A stretch of DNA of 64,000 bases. It comes from an uncultured delta proteobacterium. Lineage in GTDB: Bacteria; Desulfobacterota; Binatia; JACPRU01. Location: contig CAVUWD010000013.1 of NCBI GenBank assembly GCA_963745025.1, forward strand, positions 288,001 to 352,000, given 5' to 3'. Of this stretch, positions 49,753 to 60,163 are shown piece by piece (within the stretch, counting starts at the first letter, position 1; the number at the start of each line of letters is the position of its first letter). A program made the position numbers and the translations under genes. Below the pieces are notes generated by a model, which made no database searches, had not been told where the DNA came from, and saw nothing but the letters and a program-made list of their open reading frames with translations.

Positions 49753-51018
49753 GTGCGAGGCCGTCGATCGACACATTCGATCTGGCTGGCGCTCGGCGCC
49801 GTAACCCTGGTCGCGGCAAGCGCGGCCGGCGGCGCGATCACGCTCGAGGAATGCGCCCGGCATGCGCTCGAGCGCTCGCCCTCGATCCACGCCGCGGCCT
49901 TCGACGCCGAGGCGGCGATCGCGCGCGTGCGAGCGGCGCGCGCGAGCTACGCACCGCGCCTGGAGGTCCACTCCGAATACGGGCGGTCGGAAGGCTTCGA
50001 CGCAGCGGTGACGAATGGCGGGAGCACCCAGGGGGTCGTTCACCTCGAGGCGACCCTCTTCGATGGCGGCGCTCGCGGGGCCGACGTCGCAGGAGCCGAA
50101 GCTCATGTCGCTTCCGCGGGCGCGGCAGAAAGGCAACGGCGCGCCGATCTCCTCTTCGAGGTGCGCTCCGCGTACTTTCAAGCCGTCGCCGCGGATCGCG
50201 AGGCCGAGATTCACCACGAGGCGCTCTCGACTTTCGACGACTACCTCCGGGTTCTCGCCGGACAGGTGAGGATCGGCGTCGCGCCCGAGAACGACCTGCT
50301 GCGGGGGAAGCTCGCGATCGAGAGCGAGCGCACGGCGGAGCGCGCGGCCCGCAGTGAAGCGGAGCAGGGCAGAGCGGCGCTCTCCTCGCTCGCCGGCCTT
50401 GACCTCTCCGGGACGTCGCTCGCCGAGCCGACGGAAGGGACCCCGCGCCACGCCGGCGAAGCGGCGCTCGACTCGTCTCCACTGCTCGACGAGGTCCGCG
50501 CGGAGCTCGCCGCCGCCGAACGCGAGGCGGACGCGGTCCGGGCCGAGCGTTCGGGCCACGTGACGCTCAGCGCCGACGCCGGCGCGCTCGGCGTGAGGCC
50601 GGCGGACACGTTCGAGCACGATGCGGGCGGCCAGTTCCTCGTCGGCTTCACCGTGCCGCTCTTCGACGGTGGCGCGCGCTCCGCGCGGCTGGCGGCGGCG
50701 GCCGCCGCCGCGAACAGCGCCCGCGCCAAGCTCGAGGAGGCGAGCCGCGCGCTGCGCCTGTCGTGGGCCCGCGCCGAGGCCGAGGCGCGCCGCGCGCGCG
50801 AGGACGCGGCGGCCGCGCGCCGCGCGATCGAGCTCGCCAGAGCGCATTTCGAGCTCATGCGCGCTCGCCACGCGGGTGGCGGCAACGTGCGCCTTCTCGA
50901 CGTGCTCGATGCGCTCACGCAGTCGGTCGAGGCCCCGCTGTCCGAGGCTCGCGCGAAGCTCGCCGAGCGAATCGCCCTGGCGGCCGAGGATCAGCTCGTC
51001 GGCGAGGTCGAGCCGTGA
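49753..51018 (+). CDS. TolC family outer membrane efflux protein
   Basis: Signal peptide, ITLEEC..AL..SP, duplicated helical repeats with PLFDGG. Confidence 0.85.
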   Translation: MRGRRSTHSIWLALGAVTLVAASAAGGAITLEECARHALERSPSIHAAAFDAEAAIARVRAARASYAPRLEVHSEYGRSEGFDAAVTNGGSTQGVVHLEATLFDGGARGADVAGAEAHVASAGAAERQRRADLLFEVRSAYFQAVAADREAEIHHEALSTFDDYLRVLAGQVRIGVAPENDLLRGKLAIESERTAERAARSEAEQGRAALSSLAGLDLSGTSLAEPTEGTPRHAGEAALDSSPLLDEVRAELAAAEREADAVRAERSGHVTLSADAGALGVRPADTFEHDAGGQFLVGFTVPLFDGGARSARLAAAAAAANSARAKLEEASRALRLSWARAEAEARRAREDAAAARRAIELARAHFELMRARHAGGGNVRLLDVLDALTQSVEAPLSEARAKLAERIALAAEDQLVGEVEP

Positions 51019-52004
51019 GGATCAGAGCCTTCGTCGCGGCTGCGTTCCTCGTCGCGCTGACCGACTGCCGAACGACACCGGAGGAGGCTGGGGAACCGCA
51101 AGCGGCGCCCGCGATCGTCAGCATTGCGCCGGTGCGGAGAGGCGACGTCGACGAGACGCTGCGCGTGAGCGGAGAGACCTCGGCGCTGAAGGTTCTGCGG
51201 CTCGCCTCGCCGGTCGCGGGCCGGGTGACGTTCCTCGCGGCGCAAGCCGGTGACCGTCTCGCGGCGGGCGAAACGGCGGTGCGGATTCTGCCACTCGAGA
51301 ACGAGGCGGCGGTCAACGGGCTCCGGCTTCTCGATCGAGGCCGCGCGCTGGCCGCAGGCGAGCGGGACTCCGCTGCCAGGCTCGCGCGTGATCTCGCTCG
51401 GCGTCAGGTCGAGCTCTCGGCGCCGTTCACGGCGGTCGTCGCGGAGCGAGTCAAGAATCCCGGCGAGCAGGTGGCGCCCGGCGATGTGATCCTCGAGCTC
51501 TTCGATCCGCGCTCGCTCGTGGCGATCGCCCAGGTGCCGATCGACGTTGCCCCGAGCCTGCGGAAAGGAATGGCCGTCGCCGTCCGGACGGCGAGTGGTA
51601 GCGCGCGTGGCGAGGTGGACCGGGTGCTTACATCTCTCACGCCTGCCACGTTGACCGCACCGGTGCGCGTCGTCTTTGCCTCGCCGCTCGAGCCGCCACT
51701 GCGGGGCGCCGCCGTCGACTGTGAAATCCTGCTCTCGACCCATCGCGGGGTGCTGCTCGTTCCCCATGCGGCCCTGGTCGCCTCCGCGTCGCGGAACGCG
51801 GCCACGGTGGTCGTCGCCGCCGACGGCCACGCGCACGTTCGTCCGATCGAGACGGGGACCCGCTCGGGCGACCTGGTCGAGGTGCGGAGCGGTCTTCAAG
51901 CCGGCGAAGAGATCGTCGTCCAGGGCCAGTACGGTCTCGCCGACGGCGCTCCGATCCGCGTGTCGGCGCCCGAGGCCTCCCGGCCGCCGCCGGATGCGGA
52001 ATGA
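51015..52004 (+). CDS. RND efflux periplasmic adaptor subunit
   Basis: SPVAGRV, APFTAVV..PGEQV, GLQAGEEIVVQG. Confidence 0.85.
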   Translation: MRIRAFVAAAFLVALTDCRTTPEEAGEPQAAPAIVSIAPVRRGDVDETLRVSGETSALKVLRLASPVAGRVTFLAAQAGDRLAAGETAVRILPLENEAAVNGLRLLDRGRALAAGERDSAARLARDLARRQVELSAPFTAVVAERVKNPGEQVAPGDVILELFDPRSLVAIAQVPIDVAPSLRKGMAVAVRTASGSARGEVDRVLTSLTPATLTAPVRVVFASPLEPPLRGAAVDCEILLSTHRGVLLVPHAALVASASRNAATVVVAADGHAHVRPIETGTRSGDLVEVRSGLQAGEEIVVQGQYGLADGAPIRVSAPEASRPPPDAE

Positions 52005-55000
52005 TCCTCGGAAGGCTCATTCGCCGACACCGGACCGCGATTCTCGGCCTCACGCTCCTCGTTGCCGCGGCCGGGATGTGGACGACGGCGACGATGCCCG
52101 TCTCGATATTTCCCGAGATCGCGTTTCACCGGGTCGGCATCATCGCTCGCGCTGGAAACCTGCCGGTCGAGCAGACGCTCACCGCTTTGACGCAGCCGCT
52201 CGAGTCGGCGATCACCGGCGTCCTCGGCGTCGAGACCATCCGATCGGAGACGTCACGCGGCGGCGTCGAGCTCGACCTCCGATTCGGTTGGAGCGAGGAC
52301 ATGGGGGTCGCGCTGCAACGCGTTCAGGCCGTGGCGGACGAGGCTCGCGGAGAGCTGCCGGCGGGCACCGAGATCGAAACGCGCCTGCTCGACACTTCGG
52401 CCTTTCCGATCATCGGCATCGCGGTGACCTCCAAGACGCATACGCTCGCGGAAATCTCCGACACGGTGCTTTACGAGATCGCGCCGCGACTGCGCACCGT
52501 CGCCGGCGTCTATCGCGTCGAGCCGACCGGCGCCAAGATCCGCGAGTACGCGCTCACGCTCGATCCGGCGGCGCTGGTCCGCCATCGTGTCGATCTCGCG
52601 ACGATCGAGGCCGCGGTCCGGGCGAGCAACGCGATTTCTTCCGTCGGGCAGGTACGCGACGGGCATCAGCTCGTGCTGACGGTCATGCAGGGCCAAGGGA
52701 CCGCGCTCGACACGCTCGGGAGCGTCGTCGTCAAGCGGCAGCAGGGCGTACCGGTCACGCTCGGCGATCTCGCCGAGATCCAATCGGTAATCCGTGAAGA
52801 CTTCACGCGTGCGGCGGCGAACGGCGAGACGGCCGTCCTGATCGGCGTTTCGCGGCAACCGTCGGGAAACGCCGTGACGATCTCGCAGGGGGTGGAGCGC
52901 GAGCTCGCGGCGCTTCGTACGGCCCATCCCGACTACGGCCTGTCCACCTACTACGACCAGGCCGACCTGGTGAGTGACGCGATCGCGAGCGTCCGCGACG
53001 CCATCGCCATCGGTCTCGTGCTCGCGGTGGCGACGATCTTCTTCTTCATCGCCGACGTGCGGGCGATCGCCGTCGCTGCCGCCGTGATTCCCGCGACTCT
53101 TCTCGCCACGACGATCGTGCTTCATGCGTTCGGCGCCACGTTCAACCTCATGACGCTGGGCGGGATCGCCGCCGGCATCGGCCTCGTGCTCGACGATGCG
53201 ATCGTCGTCGTCGAGAACTTTCATCGCCACCGACTCGGCGGCGAGGACGCGATCGAGGCCCTCGCCGCGTCGACGTCGGAGATCGCGCCGGCGCTCGTCG
53301 GCTCCACGCTCACTCCGATCGCGGTGCTCGTGCCGCTCTGCCTGCTTGGCGAGGTGCCGGGCGCGTTCTTCCGACCGCTGGCGCTGACGATGTCGGTCGC
53401 GCTCCTCATCTCGCTCGCGTTCGCGCTGAGCTTCACGCCCGCGCTGACCGCGGCTCTCGAGCCGGCGGAGCATCGCGACGTCCGTCGCGGTCCGGGAGAT
53501 CGGATCGCGCTCTGGCTCTCCGGATGGTACGCGAGGGCGCTCGGTTGGACGCTCGCTCACGCATGGGTCGCGTTCGTCGGGGGCGCCGTCTTCGTCGGCA
53601 TCGCCTGGCTCTCGTACCGCAATCTCGAGAGCGGCTTCGTGCCGCAGATGGACGAGGGCGCGTTCATCCTCGATTATTGGGCGCCGGCCGGGGCGTCTCC
53701 CGACGAAACCGTGTCGATGCTCGAGCGGGTCGACGAGGTCTTGCGGCGGACGCCCGACGTCGCCTCGTTCGCGCGCCGCACCGGCGCCGAGCTCGGCTTC
53801 TTTCTCACCGAGGCGAACCGGGGAGACTACGCGGTGCGGCTGCGACGCCGCGGCCGGCGGCCGATCGAAGCGGTGATCGCAGAGGTCCGCTCGGCGATCC
53901 AAGAGCGCGTTCCCATGCTCCGCACCGAGTTCGTGCAGATTCTCCAGGACATGATCGGAGACCTGAGCGGCCAGCCCGCGCCGGTCGAGCTCAAGCTCTT
54001 CGGCTCGGATCCCGCGGCGCTCGAGCGGACGGCCGCCGCTGCCGAGGCGCTCGTTCACCGCGTGCCCGGGGTCGTCGACAGCTTCAGCGGGATCACCCCG
54101 CTCGGACCTGTGCGACGGCTGACGGTCGACGAGCGAAACGCCACGCTCGTCGGCCTCGACCCGTCGATGGTCGAGCACTGGCTGGAGACGGCCGTCACCG
54201 GAAGCCTGGTTGGACGGGTGCTCGAGCGCGACCGCGCGATCCCGCTCCGGCTGCGCTACCCCGACCGCTTCCGCGATCGCAGCGACGCGCTCGCCGACGT
54301 CACGCTCGTCGCCCCGGACGGCCGCCTGGCGCCGCTTCGCTCGCTCGTTCGCTTCGAGCCGACGGCGACTGCCGTCAAGCGCGAGCGGGAGAATCTCCGC
54401 TCGCTCGTGCGCGTGACGGCGCGAATCGAGGAACGCGATCTCGGGTCGGTGATCGCCGACGTCAAGCGCACCGTTGCCGACGAGCTCGAGCTACCGGCAG
54501 GGGTGAGCGCGGAGTACGGTGGCCTCTATGCGAGCCAGCAGCGTGCGTTCGGCGAGCTCGCGCTCGCCTTCGCGGCCGCGCTCGGCTCCGTTTCGGCGAT
54601 TCTGCTCGCCGAATTCGGCTCGCTCGCGGCGGTTGTGGCCATCGTCGTCGGCAGCGCGACGGCGCTTTGCGGGAGCCTCCTCGCTCTGTGGACGACCGCA
54701 ACGTCGCTCAACGTCTCCTCCGTCGTCGGCCTGATCATGGTGCTCGGGATCGTGGCGAAGAACGGGATCTTGCTTCTCGACTTCGCGAGCCGCGAGCGCG
54801 CCGCGACGGGCGATCTGGCCGCTGCGCTCGTCGAAGCCGGGCGCATTCGGCTGCGGCCCATCCTGATGACGTCGGCGGCCGCGATCGCCGGCCTCGCGCC
54901 GCTCGCCCTGGGAATCGGCGCCGGCGGCGAGATGCAGCGACCGCTGGCGATCGCGATCGTCGGCGGCGTATCCCTGTCGATGATCTTCTCGCTGGTCGCC

Positions 55001-55042
55001 GTGCCGTTATTCTACTCGTTGCTGGTGCGAAGATCCGGCTGA
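52001..55042 (+). CDS. RND efflux permease (AcrB/CzcA-like)
   Basis: 1013 aa; GLVLDDAIVVVEN, PQMDEG, AKNGILL, RLRPILMT. Confidence 0.93.
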   Translation: MILGRLIRRHRTAILGLTLLVAAAGMWTTATMPVSIFPEIAFHRVGIIARAGNLPVEQTLTALTQPLESAITGVLGVETIRSETSRGGVELDLRFGWSEDMGVALQRVQAVADEARGELPAGTEIETRLLDTSAFPIIGIAVTSKTHTLAEISDTVLYEIAPRLRTVAGVYRVEPTGAKIREYALTLDPAALVRHRVDLATIEAAVRASNAISSVGQVRDGHQLVLTVMQGQGTALDTLGSVVVKRQQGVPVTLGDLAEIQSVIREDFTRAAANGETAVLIGVSRQPSGNAVTISQGVERELAALRTAHPDYGLSTYYDQADLVSDAIASVRDAIAIGLVLAVATIFFFIADVRAIAVAAAVIPATLLATTIVLHAFGATFNLMTLGGIAAGIGLVLDDAIVVVENFHRHRLGGEDAIEALAASTSEIAPALVGSTLTPIAVLVPLCLLGEVPGAFFRPLALTMSVALLISLAFALSFTPALTAALEPAEHRDVRRGPGDRIALWLSGWYARALGWTLAHAWVAFVGGAVFVGIAWLSYRNLESGFVPQMDEGAFILDYWAPAGASPDETVSMLERVDEVLRRTPDVASFARRTGAELGFFLTEANRGDYAVRLRRRGRRPIEAVIAEVRSAIQERVPMLRTEFVQILQDMIGDLSGQPAPVELKLFGSDPAALERTAAAAEALVHRVPGVVDSFSGITPLGPVRRLTVDERNATLVGLDPSMVEHWLETAVTGSLVGRVLERDRAIPLRLRYPDRFRDRSDALADVTLVAPDGRLAPLRSLVRFEPTATAVKRERENLRSLVRVTARIEERDLGSVIADVKRTVADELELPAGVSAEYGGLYASQQRAFGELALAFAAALGSVSAILLAEFGSLAAVVAIVVGSATALCGSLLALWTTATSLNVSSVVGLIMVLGIVAKNGILLLDFASRERAATGDLAAALVEAGRIRLRPILMTSAAAIAGLAPLALGIGAGGEMQRPLAIAIVGGVSLSMIFSLVAVPLFYSLLVRRSG

Positions 55043-55129
55043 GACGGATTTCAGCCCGAAGCGGTTTTCTGTACTTCAGGAAGAAGCGGGCCGGGTGCTC
55101 GCGCGCAAACACGGGAAAGGAGGACGGCG

Positions 55130-56035
55130 ATGCGAATGTTCATCCATGGCGCCGCACTGCTGGCGATTCTCGGGGGCGCGGCGTGCGCCGCATCCGAGAG
55201 CAGCGGCGCTGCGGGTTCGCTCGACACGGCGCAGATCGAAGCGCTCACCGGCGTGAAGGGCGCGTTCGACGAGAAGGAGCAGGTTTACAAGGTCTCCGTC
55301 CCCCGCAAAGACCTGAAGGTCGTCGCTCGGGGCGTGCATCTCACGCCACCGATGGGCCTCACGTCCTGGGCGGCGTTCAAGCGAGCGGGGAGCGAAACCG
55401 TCGTCATGGGCGACATGGTCTTGGGCGAGGACCAGGTCGATGCGGTGATGAGCGTGGCGCTCGACAACGGTCTCGAAGTCACCGGCCTTCACAACCATTT
55501 TCTGTGGGAATCCCCGCGGGTGATGTTCATGCACGTCGGAGGCATGGCCGAAGAGGCGAGGCTTGCGAGCGCCGTCGGCAAAGTCTTCCAGAAGATTCAG
55601 GAGACGAGCGGTGGCTCCGGTCGGATGCCGACGACCGAGATCGACCCGGCAAAGACGACTCTCGATCCCAAGAAGCTCGATTCGATCCTCGGTACGAAGG
55701 GCGAGCTCAAGGACGGCGTCTACAAGGCGACCTTCGGCAGAATCACCCACATGCACGGTCACGAGATCGGCAACCTGATGGGCGTCAACACTTGGGCGGC
55801 GTTCGCCGGGTCGGACGACGAGGCGGTCGTCGACGGGGACTTCGCGGTGCTCGAGTCGGAGCTGCAGCGTGTTCTGAAGGCGCTGCGCGGTCACGGGATC
55901 GACATCGCCGCCATCCATCAGCACATGACCGGAGAAGAGCCGCGAATCATGTTCCTTCACTACTGGAGTCGAGGGAGCGTGGACGCTCTCGCGAAAGGCA
56001 TCCGCGCGGCTTTGGACGCGGCACGAACGACGTAG
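55130..56035 (+). CDS. DUF1259 (LppY/LpqO-like) exported protein
   Basis: Duplicated domain with GLHNHFL..FMH and AIHQHM..FLHYW. Confidence 0.85.
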   Translation: MRMFIHGAALLAILGGAACAASESSGAAGSLDTAQIEALTGVKGAFDEKEQVYKVSVPRKDLKVVARGVHLTPPMGLTSWAAFKRAGSETVVMGDMVLGEDQVDAVMSVALDNGLEVTGLHNHFLWESPRVMFMHVGGMAEEARLASAVGKVFQKIQETSGGSGRMPTTEIDPAKTTLDPKKLDSILGTKGELKDGVYKATFGRITHMHGHEIGNLMGVNTWAAFAGSDDEAVVDGDFAVLESELQRVLKALRGHGIDIAAIHQHMTGEEPRIMFLHYWSRGSVDALAKGIRAALDAARTT

Positions 56036-56076
56036 TGCGGCACCGAACCGGTCTCCCCATCGTCATGGAACCTCCG

Positions 56077-57252
56077 ATGGACTCGACGGCTCGGGCCCGC
56101 AAAGTCCCGATTCTCGAGCTCGTCCGCTACTACCTTCGGCTCGGCGCTCTGGGATTCGGCGGCCCGGTCGCGCTCTGCGGACAGATGGAGAAGGATCTCG
56201 TCGAGGAGCGCCAGTGGCTCACTGGCGCAGAGATGCGAGAAGCGATCGCCGTCTGCCAGTCGCTCCCGGGTCCCTTGGCGATCCAGGTCGGCATCTTGGT
56301 CTCGTATCTCCGCGGCGGCTTCTGGGGGGCGTTGGCCGGGGGATGCGCCTTCGTCCTTCCCAACTTCGTCATCGTCGCGGCGCTAGCGGCGCTCTACGTG
56401 CACTTCGGGGGCCTACCCCCGGTCACCGCGATTTTCTACGGCGTCAGTCCCGCGGTGATCGCTTTGATCCTCCACTCCTGCTACCGCCTCGCGAAGCTCG
56501 GCATGGAGGATCGGCTGCAGTGGTTGATTGCCGCGGTGTGCCTCATCGTCACGATCGCCGTCCAGGCGGAGGTCGCGCTGCTCTTCGTCGTGGCGGGATT
56601 GATCGGAGCCATTTGCTACGGGTCGATCGGCCGTCGATACGCCGCGTCGGCGCTGTCTTCGCTCGCGATTCCGCTGAACGTGGGCGCTCCGCAGGCGGCG
56701 CCGGGCATTCTCGCGAAACTCGCGTTTTTCTTTCTGAAGGCCGGGTCGCTCACGTTCGGGAGCGGGCTCGTCATCGTCCCCTTTCTCGAAAAGGGGCTAG
56801 TCCAGCAAACCGGCTGGCTCGACGAGCGGCAATTCCTGGTCGCGGTAGCGATCGGCATGATCAGCCCCGGGCCCGTCGTCATCACGGCAACGTTCGTCGG
56901 CTACCTCGTGGCCGGGTTCTGGGGCTCGCTCGTCTCGACGGTCGGAATCTTCCTGCCGTCTTTTCTGCTCGTCTTGATCGTCGCACCCGTCCTCGTCCGC
57001 CACCGCGCGAATCCGAACGTTCAGGGTTTCGTCAAAGGCGCCTACGCCGCAGCCATCGGCACGATTCTGGGCGCCTGTCTTTTGCTCGGGCGGATCGCGA
57101 TCGGGGACTGGCTGACGGCTCTCATCGCGTTGGCGAGTCTCGCCGTCCTCTCTCGGTTCAAGGTCAGTAATCCCGCGCTCGTCGCAGCGACGGCCGTGGT
57201 GGGTCTGATCGCGTTTCCGATCCTCAAGCCGACGTGGGTGTTCGTTAGATGA
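56077..57252 (+). CDS. chrA: Chromate efflux transporter
   Basis: GFGGP, LPGPLA, TFGSG, ISPGPV duplicated halves. Confidence 0.9.
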   Translation: MDSTARARKVPILELVRYYLRLGALGFGGPVALCGQMEKDLVEERQWLTGAEMREAIAVCQSLPGPLAIQVGILVSYLRGGFWGALAGGCAFVLPNFVIVAALAALYVHFGGLPPVTAIFYGVSPAVIALILHSCYRLAKLGMEDRLQWLIAAVCLIVTIAVQAEVALLFVVAGLIGAICYGSIGRRYAASALSSLAIPLNVGAPQAAPGILAKLAFFFLKAGSLTFGSGLVIVPFLEKGLVQQTGWLDERQFLVAVAIGMISPGPVVITATFVGYLVAGFWGSLVSTVGIFLPSFLLVLIVAPVLVRHRANPNVQGFVKGAYAAAIGTILGACLLLGRIAIGDWLTALIALASLAVLSRFKVSNPALVAATAVVGLIAFPILKPTWVFVR

Positions 57253-58011
57253 CGGAGAAAGGCAAAATGCGCACGACGCATCTCTCTCGTCGGACTTTCC
57301 TCGGGAGCGTCTCCATCCAGGCCGCTAGCGTGGCGATCGGCAATTCGCTCGGGCATGCCTGGGAATCGTCCGTGCCCAGAGAGACAGGCCTCTCGTCGGA
57401 AGGGTTACTCGTCGGCAAGCCGGGATTCCAGCCCCGGACCGTGGCGCCGCTGCTTCACGACGAGCTGCCCGGCTTTCTGTCGCGCGCTCAGCTTGCCGAG
57501 CATCATGCCGAGTACGTCCGCAGCGTCGGGGCGCTGAAATCCGCCGAGCAGGCGCTTGCGAGCGCTGACCGAAGCCCGGCTGCAGGTGCCACCTATGCCG
57601 AGCTTCGCCGCAAGCAGGTCTCGGCGGCGAACGACACACTGCTTCACGAGCTCTACTTTCTGAATCTGGCAACGGAAGAGGTCGAGCTACCCAAATACTT
57701 GCGACCCCACATGCGTGAGCACATGGGATCGCTGGAGAGCTGGGCTGCGGATTTCACCGCATGCGCCTTACTGGCAAAGAAGTGGGCGGCACTGATTTAC
57801 GATCCCTACGACGACCGCTGGCACAACGTCATCATGGATAGCGACGTGGATGGCGTGTGGATCGGTGCCAACCCTCTCGTCGTTTGCGACGTCGAAGATC
57901 GCGCGTACCGAAAGGATTACGATGAGACGCGAGGACTACGTGGCGAAGTTCCTGAAGCGGATCGCTTGGGACGAAGTAGCGGCACGATACAAGAGCGTTG
58001 ATCGGATGTGA
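57249..58011 (+). CDS. Fe/Mn superoxide dismutase-like (ChrC/ChrF-like) protein with a Tat signal; frameshift near the C-terminus
   Basis: SRRTFL, EHHAEY, LHELYF, DVEDRAY; a typical tail YVAKFLKRIAWDEV runs in another frame to the TGA at 58011. Confidence 0.7.
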
Positions 58012-58288
58012 TCTGCAGGCATCGCCGACGAGACCCGGGAGCCGAGCCGGCGGCGCGCAATCCGCCGGCGTTTCGCGTCCGCGTAGGGCCTCCGTCTTGG
58101 CCACAAGGCCGCCGCCCATCCACGCGCGTGCGCGCCTCGACGAGGCCGTCGCCGACAACGACAGCGAAGCGCTGCAACGGTCCGCGCTTTCGCGCTATCC
58201 CTCCACCGGAGCTCCGTAGCCAAGACGGAGCCGTTTCGCGGCCGCAAGGATCTCGATTTTCGTCCTGGAATGCGTTCTAGTAAACGGG

Positions 58289-58611
58289 ATGCTGACAGGC
58301 GAAACCACACGGGCGAGCTTCGCAACATCCTCTTCGACGCCACGGTGGGCTACCGCGGCTGGGAGCTGTACCCGGCCTACATCGGCATCGGCTTCTTCGT
58401 TCGTGGCGAGCGCCCCACACCCGGGCCCTTCGGAGTTCTCAACTCGCCGCAGACCTTCGGCGGAGTCGGAGCGGGCTCGACGGGATTCTGGGTCGATCGG
58501 GAGCGCGAGCTCTCGTTTGCGTTCCTGTCAACCGGGTTGATGGAGGACAGCCACCACTTCGAGCGCCTCGGCAGGCTGTCGGATCTGATCGTTTCGTCGA
58601 TCGTGCGCTGA
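58289..58611 (+). pseudogene. C-terminal remnant of a beta-lactamase-family serine hydrolase
   Basis: SPQTFGGVGAGSTGFWVDRERELSFAFLS; no N-terminal SxxK region present. Confidence 0.65.
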
Positions 58612-58624
58612 GTCAGACTCCTGC

Positions 58625-59110
58625 TCACTGTCCTCGGGAAATCTCGCCGAACAGCGGCGGGGCGGTGAGCTTCACCTCTCGCTTGAGGCGGACGCGCTGG
58701 TGATCGCGGATCGCCGTCTCGATCTCGCTCGCGCGTCCGGCCGGCAGCGTCTGCCGATGCTCGGCGGTCCAGCGCAGGATCTCGCCGAGGTGTTCGTCGA
58801 GGCGGTCGCGCATCGGCTCGAGTTCGGCCGCGGTCAGCCGCGAGGTCGCGAGACGTTCCGCCGGCGCGGGCGGCGGGACGGGCTCCGCATCCTCGAGAAG
58901 CGCCGCGATGCGCTCGACCAACGAAAGCCCCTCCGCGACGTCGTCGTGCAGCGGACCGACCGCCCACTCGACGCGCGGCTTCAAGTTCCGAAGCATGTCG
59001 AGGGCGCCATACGCCTGGCCGCGCGCGGATTCCTCCTGGATCTTGGGGATCACCCTCGAGTGGAGAACGTCGATGATGCCGTCGAAGATTCGCTCGAGCG
59101 AGTTCGTCAT
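58625..59110 (-). CDS. Small helical protein coupled to the phosphotransferase (LvaB-like?)
   Basis: ATG overlaps the phosphotransferase stop; helical, 161 aa. Confidence 0.65.
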   Translation of the reverse strand: MTNSLERIFDGIIDVLHSRVIPKIQEESARGQAYGALDMLRNLKPRVEWAVGPLHDDVAEGLSLVERIAALLEDAEPVPPPAPAERLATSRLTAAELEPMRDRLDEHLGEILRWTAEHRQTLPAGRASEIETAIRDHQRVRLKREVKLTAPPLFGEISRGQ

Positions 59111-60150
59111 GTCTTTCCCTCGATCGTCGCCTCGAGCTGCAGGATGAGGCGCGGCAAGTGGACGCCCATCACCGCGAGCCGAAGGTCGTCGAACCGTCCG
59201 TCCTCGAAGCAGCGGGCGGCGCCGACGTGGATCACGGCGAGCTTGAAGGTGCCGAACGCCTCGTAGAACTGCACCGCGGCGGGGGACACCGCGACTCCGC
59301 TCAACTCCTCGTAGCGCTCGTACAGGCGCGGACGTTCGATCAGATGACACATATACGGTGAGCGGCCGCGGAAGGTCCTCATGCAAATCCATCCGAGGTC
59401 TTCGAGTGGATCGCCGAGATGGACGAGCTCCCAGTCGAGGATGGCGGTGATGCGGCCGCCGCTCTCGAGAAAGTTTCCCGTGCGATAATCGCCGTGGACG
59501 ACGGCGACCCGCGAAGCGGCCGGGCGATGCGCCTTCAGCCACACAATCCCCCATTCGAGCATCGGATAGGGGCGAAACGCCCAGCGTGCGAGGAGCGCCT
59601 CCCAGAAGGCGATCTGCAGGGTCGCCGCAGAGCGCTCGTCTACCCCGGGTCCGAGGGTCTCGAGCGGCGTGCCACGCCACTCGAAACGGTGGAGAGCGGC
59701 GAGCGCCGCCACGAACTGCTCGGCGAGCGTTTCGCGGAGTGGCGTGGGAAACGCCTCGTGACCCTCGGCGACCCAAGGAAGAGGCGCTTCGCCTTCGACC
59801 TTCTCGCAGATGAAGAAGGGAGCGCCGAAGTGTTCGAGCTCTTCGCTATACCAATACGCGCGCGGGACCGGCACTGCCGAGCCGGAGAGCGCGTCGAGCG
59901 CCGCGAACTGCGGGAATGCGCGATACGGCGCGAAGAGTCCCTCCGGCGGGCCGAGGCGCAGGATCAGGTTCTCGTGGCGAAGCCCGCTCGCTTCGCGCCA
60001 GCTCGCCTCGAAGCCGATGGTGATCCAGGAAAAGCCCACGGTGTAGCGCCGGAGTCCGGAGACGGCGACTTCGGCGCCGACTTGACGGCGCAAGAACGCC
60101 GCGAGGTTCTTCGCGACCTTCTCGTCGTCGAAGGCCGAAGCCTGCTCCAT
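59107..60150 (-). CDS. APH-family phosphotransferase (ACAD10/11 kinase / LvaA-like)
   Basis: VPVP, PFFICEKVEG, VHGDYRTGN, LDWELVHLGDPLEDLGW. Confidence 0.88.
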   Translation of the reverse strand: MEQASAFDDEKVAKNLAAFLRRQVGAEVAVSGLRRYTVGFSWITIGFEASWREASGLRHENLILRLGPPEGLFAPYRAFPQFAALDALSGSAVPVPRAYWYSEELEHFGAPFFICEKVEGEAPLPWVAEGHEAFPTPLRETLAEQFVAALAALHRFEWRGTPLETLGPGVDERSAATLQIAFWEALLARWAFRPYPMLEWGIVWLKAHRPAASRVAVVHGDYRTGNFLESGGRITAILDWELVHLGDPLEDLGWICMRTFRGRSPYMCHLIERPRLYERYEELSGVAVSPAAVQFYEAFGTFKLAVIHVGAARCFEDGRFDDLRLAVMGVHLPRLILQLEATIEGKT

Positions 60151-60163
60151 CGCCCGTTTCAGG

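Noticed and set aside
53524-56076. Apparent 1242-aa ChrA fusion
   Set aside because: The N-terminal ~850 aa is an off-frame read-through over the RND and DUF1259 genes; ChrA homology begins near 56065-56077
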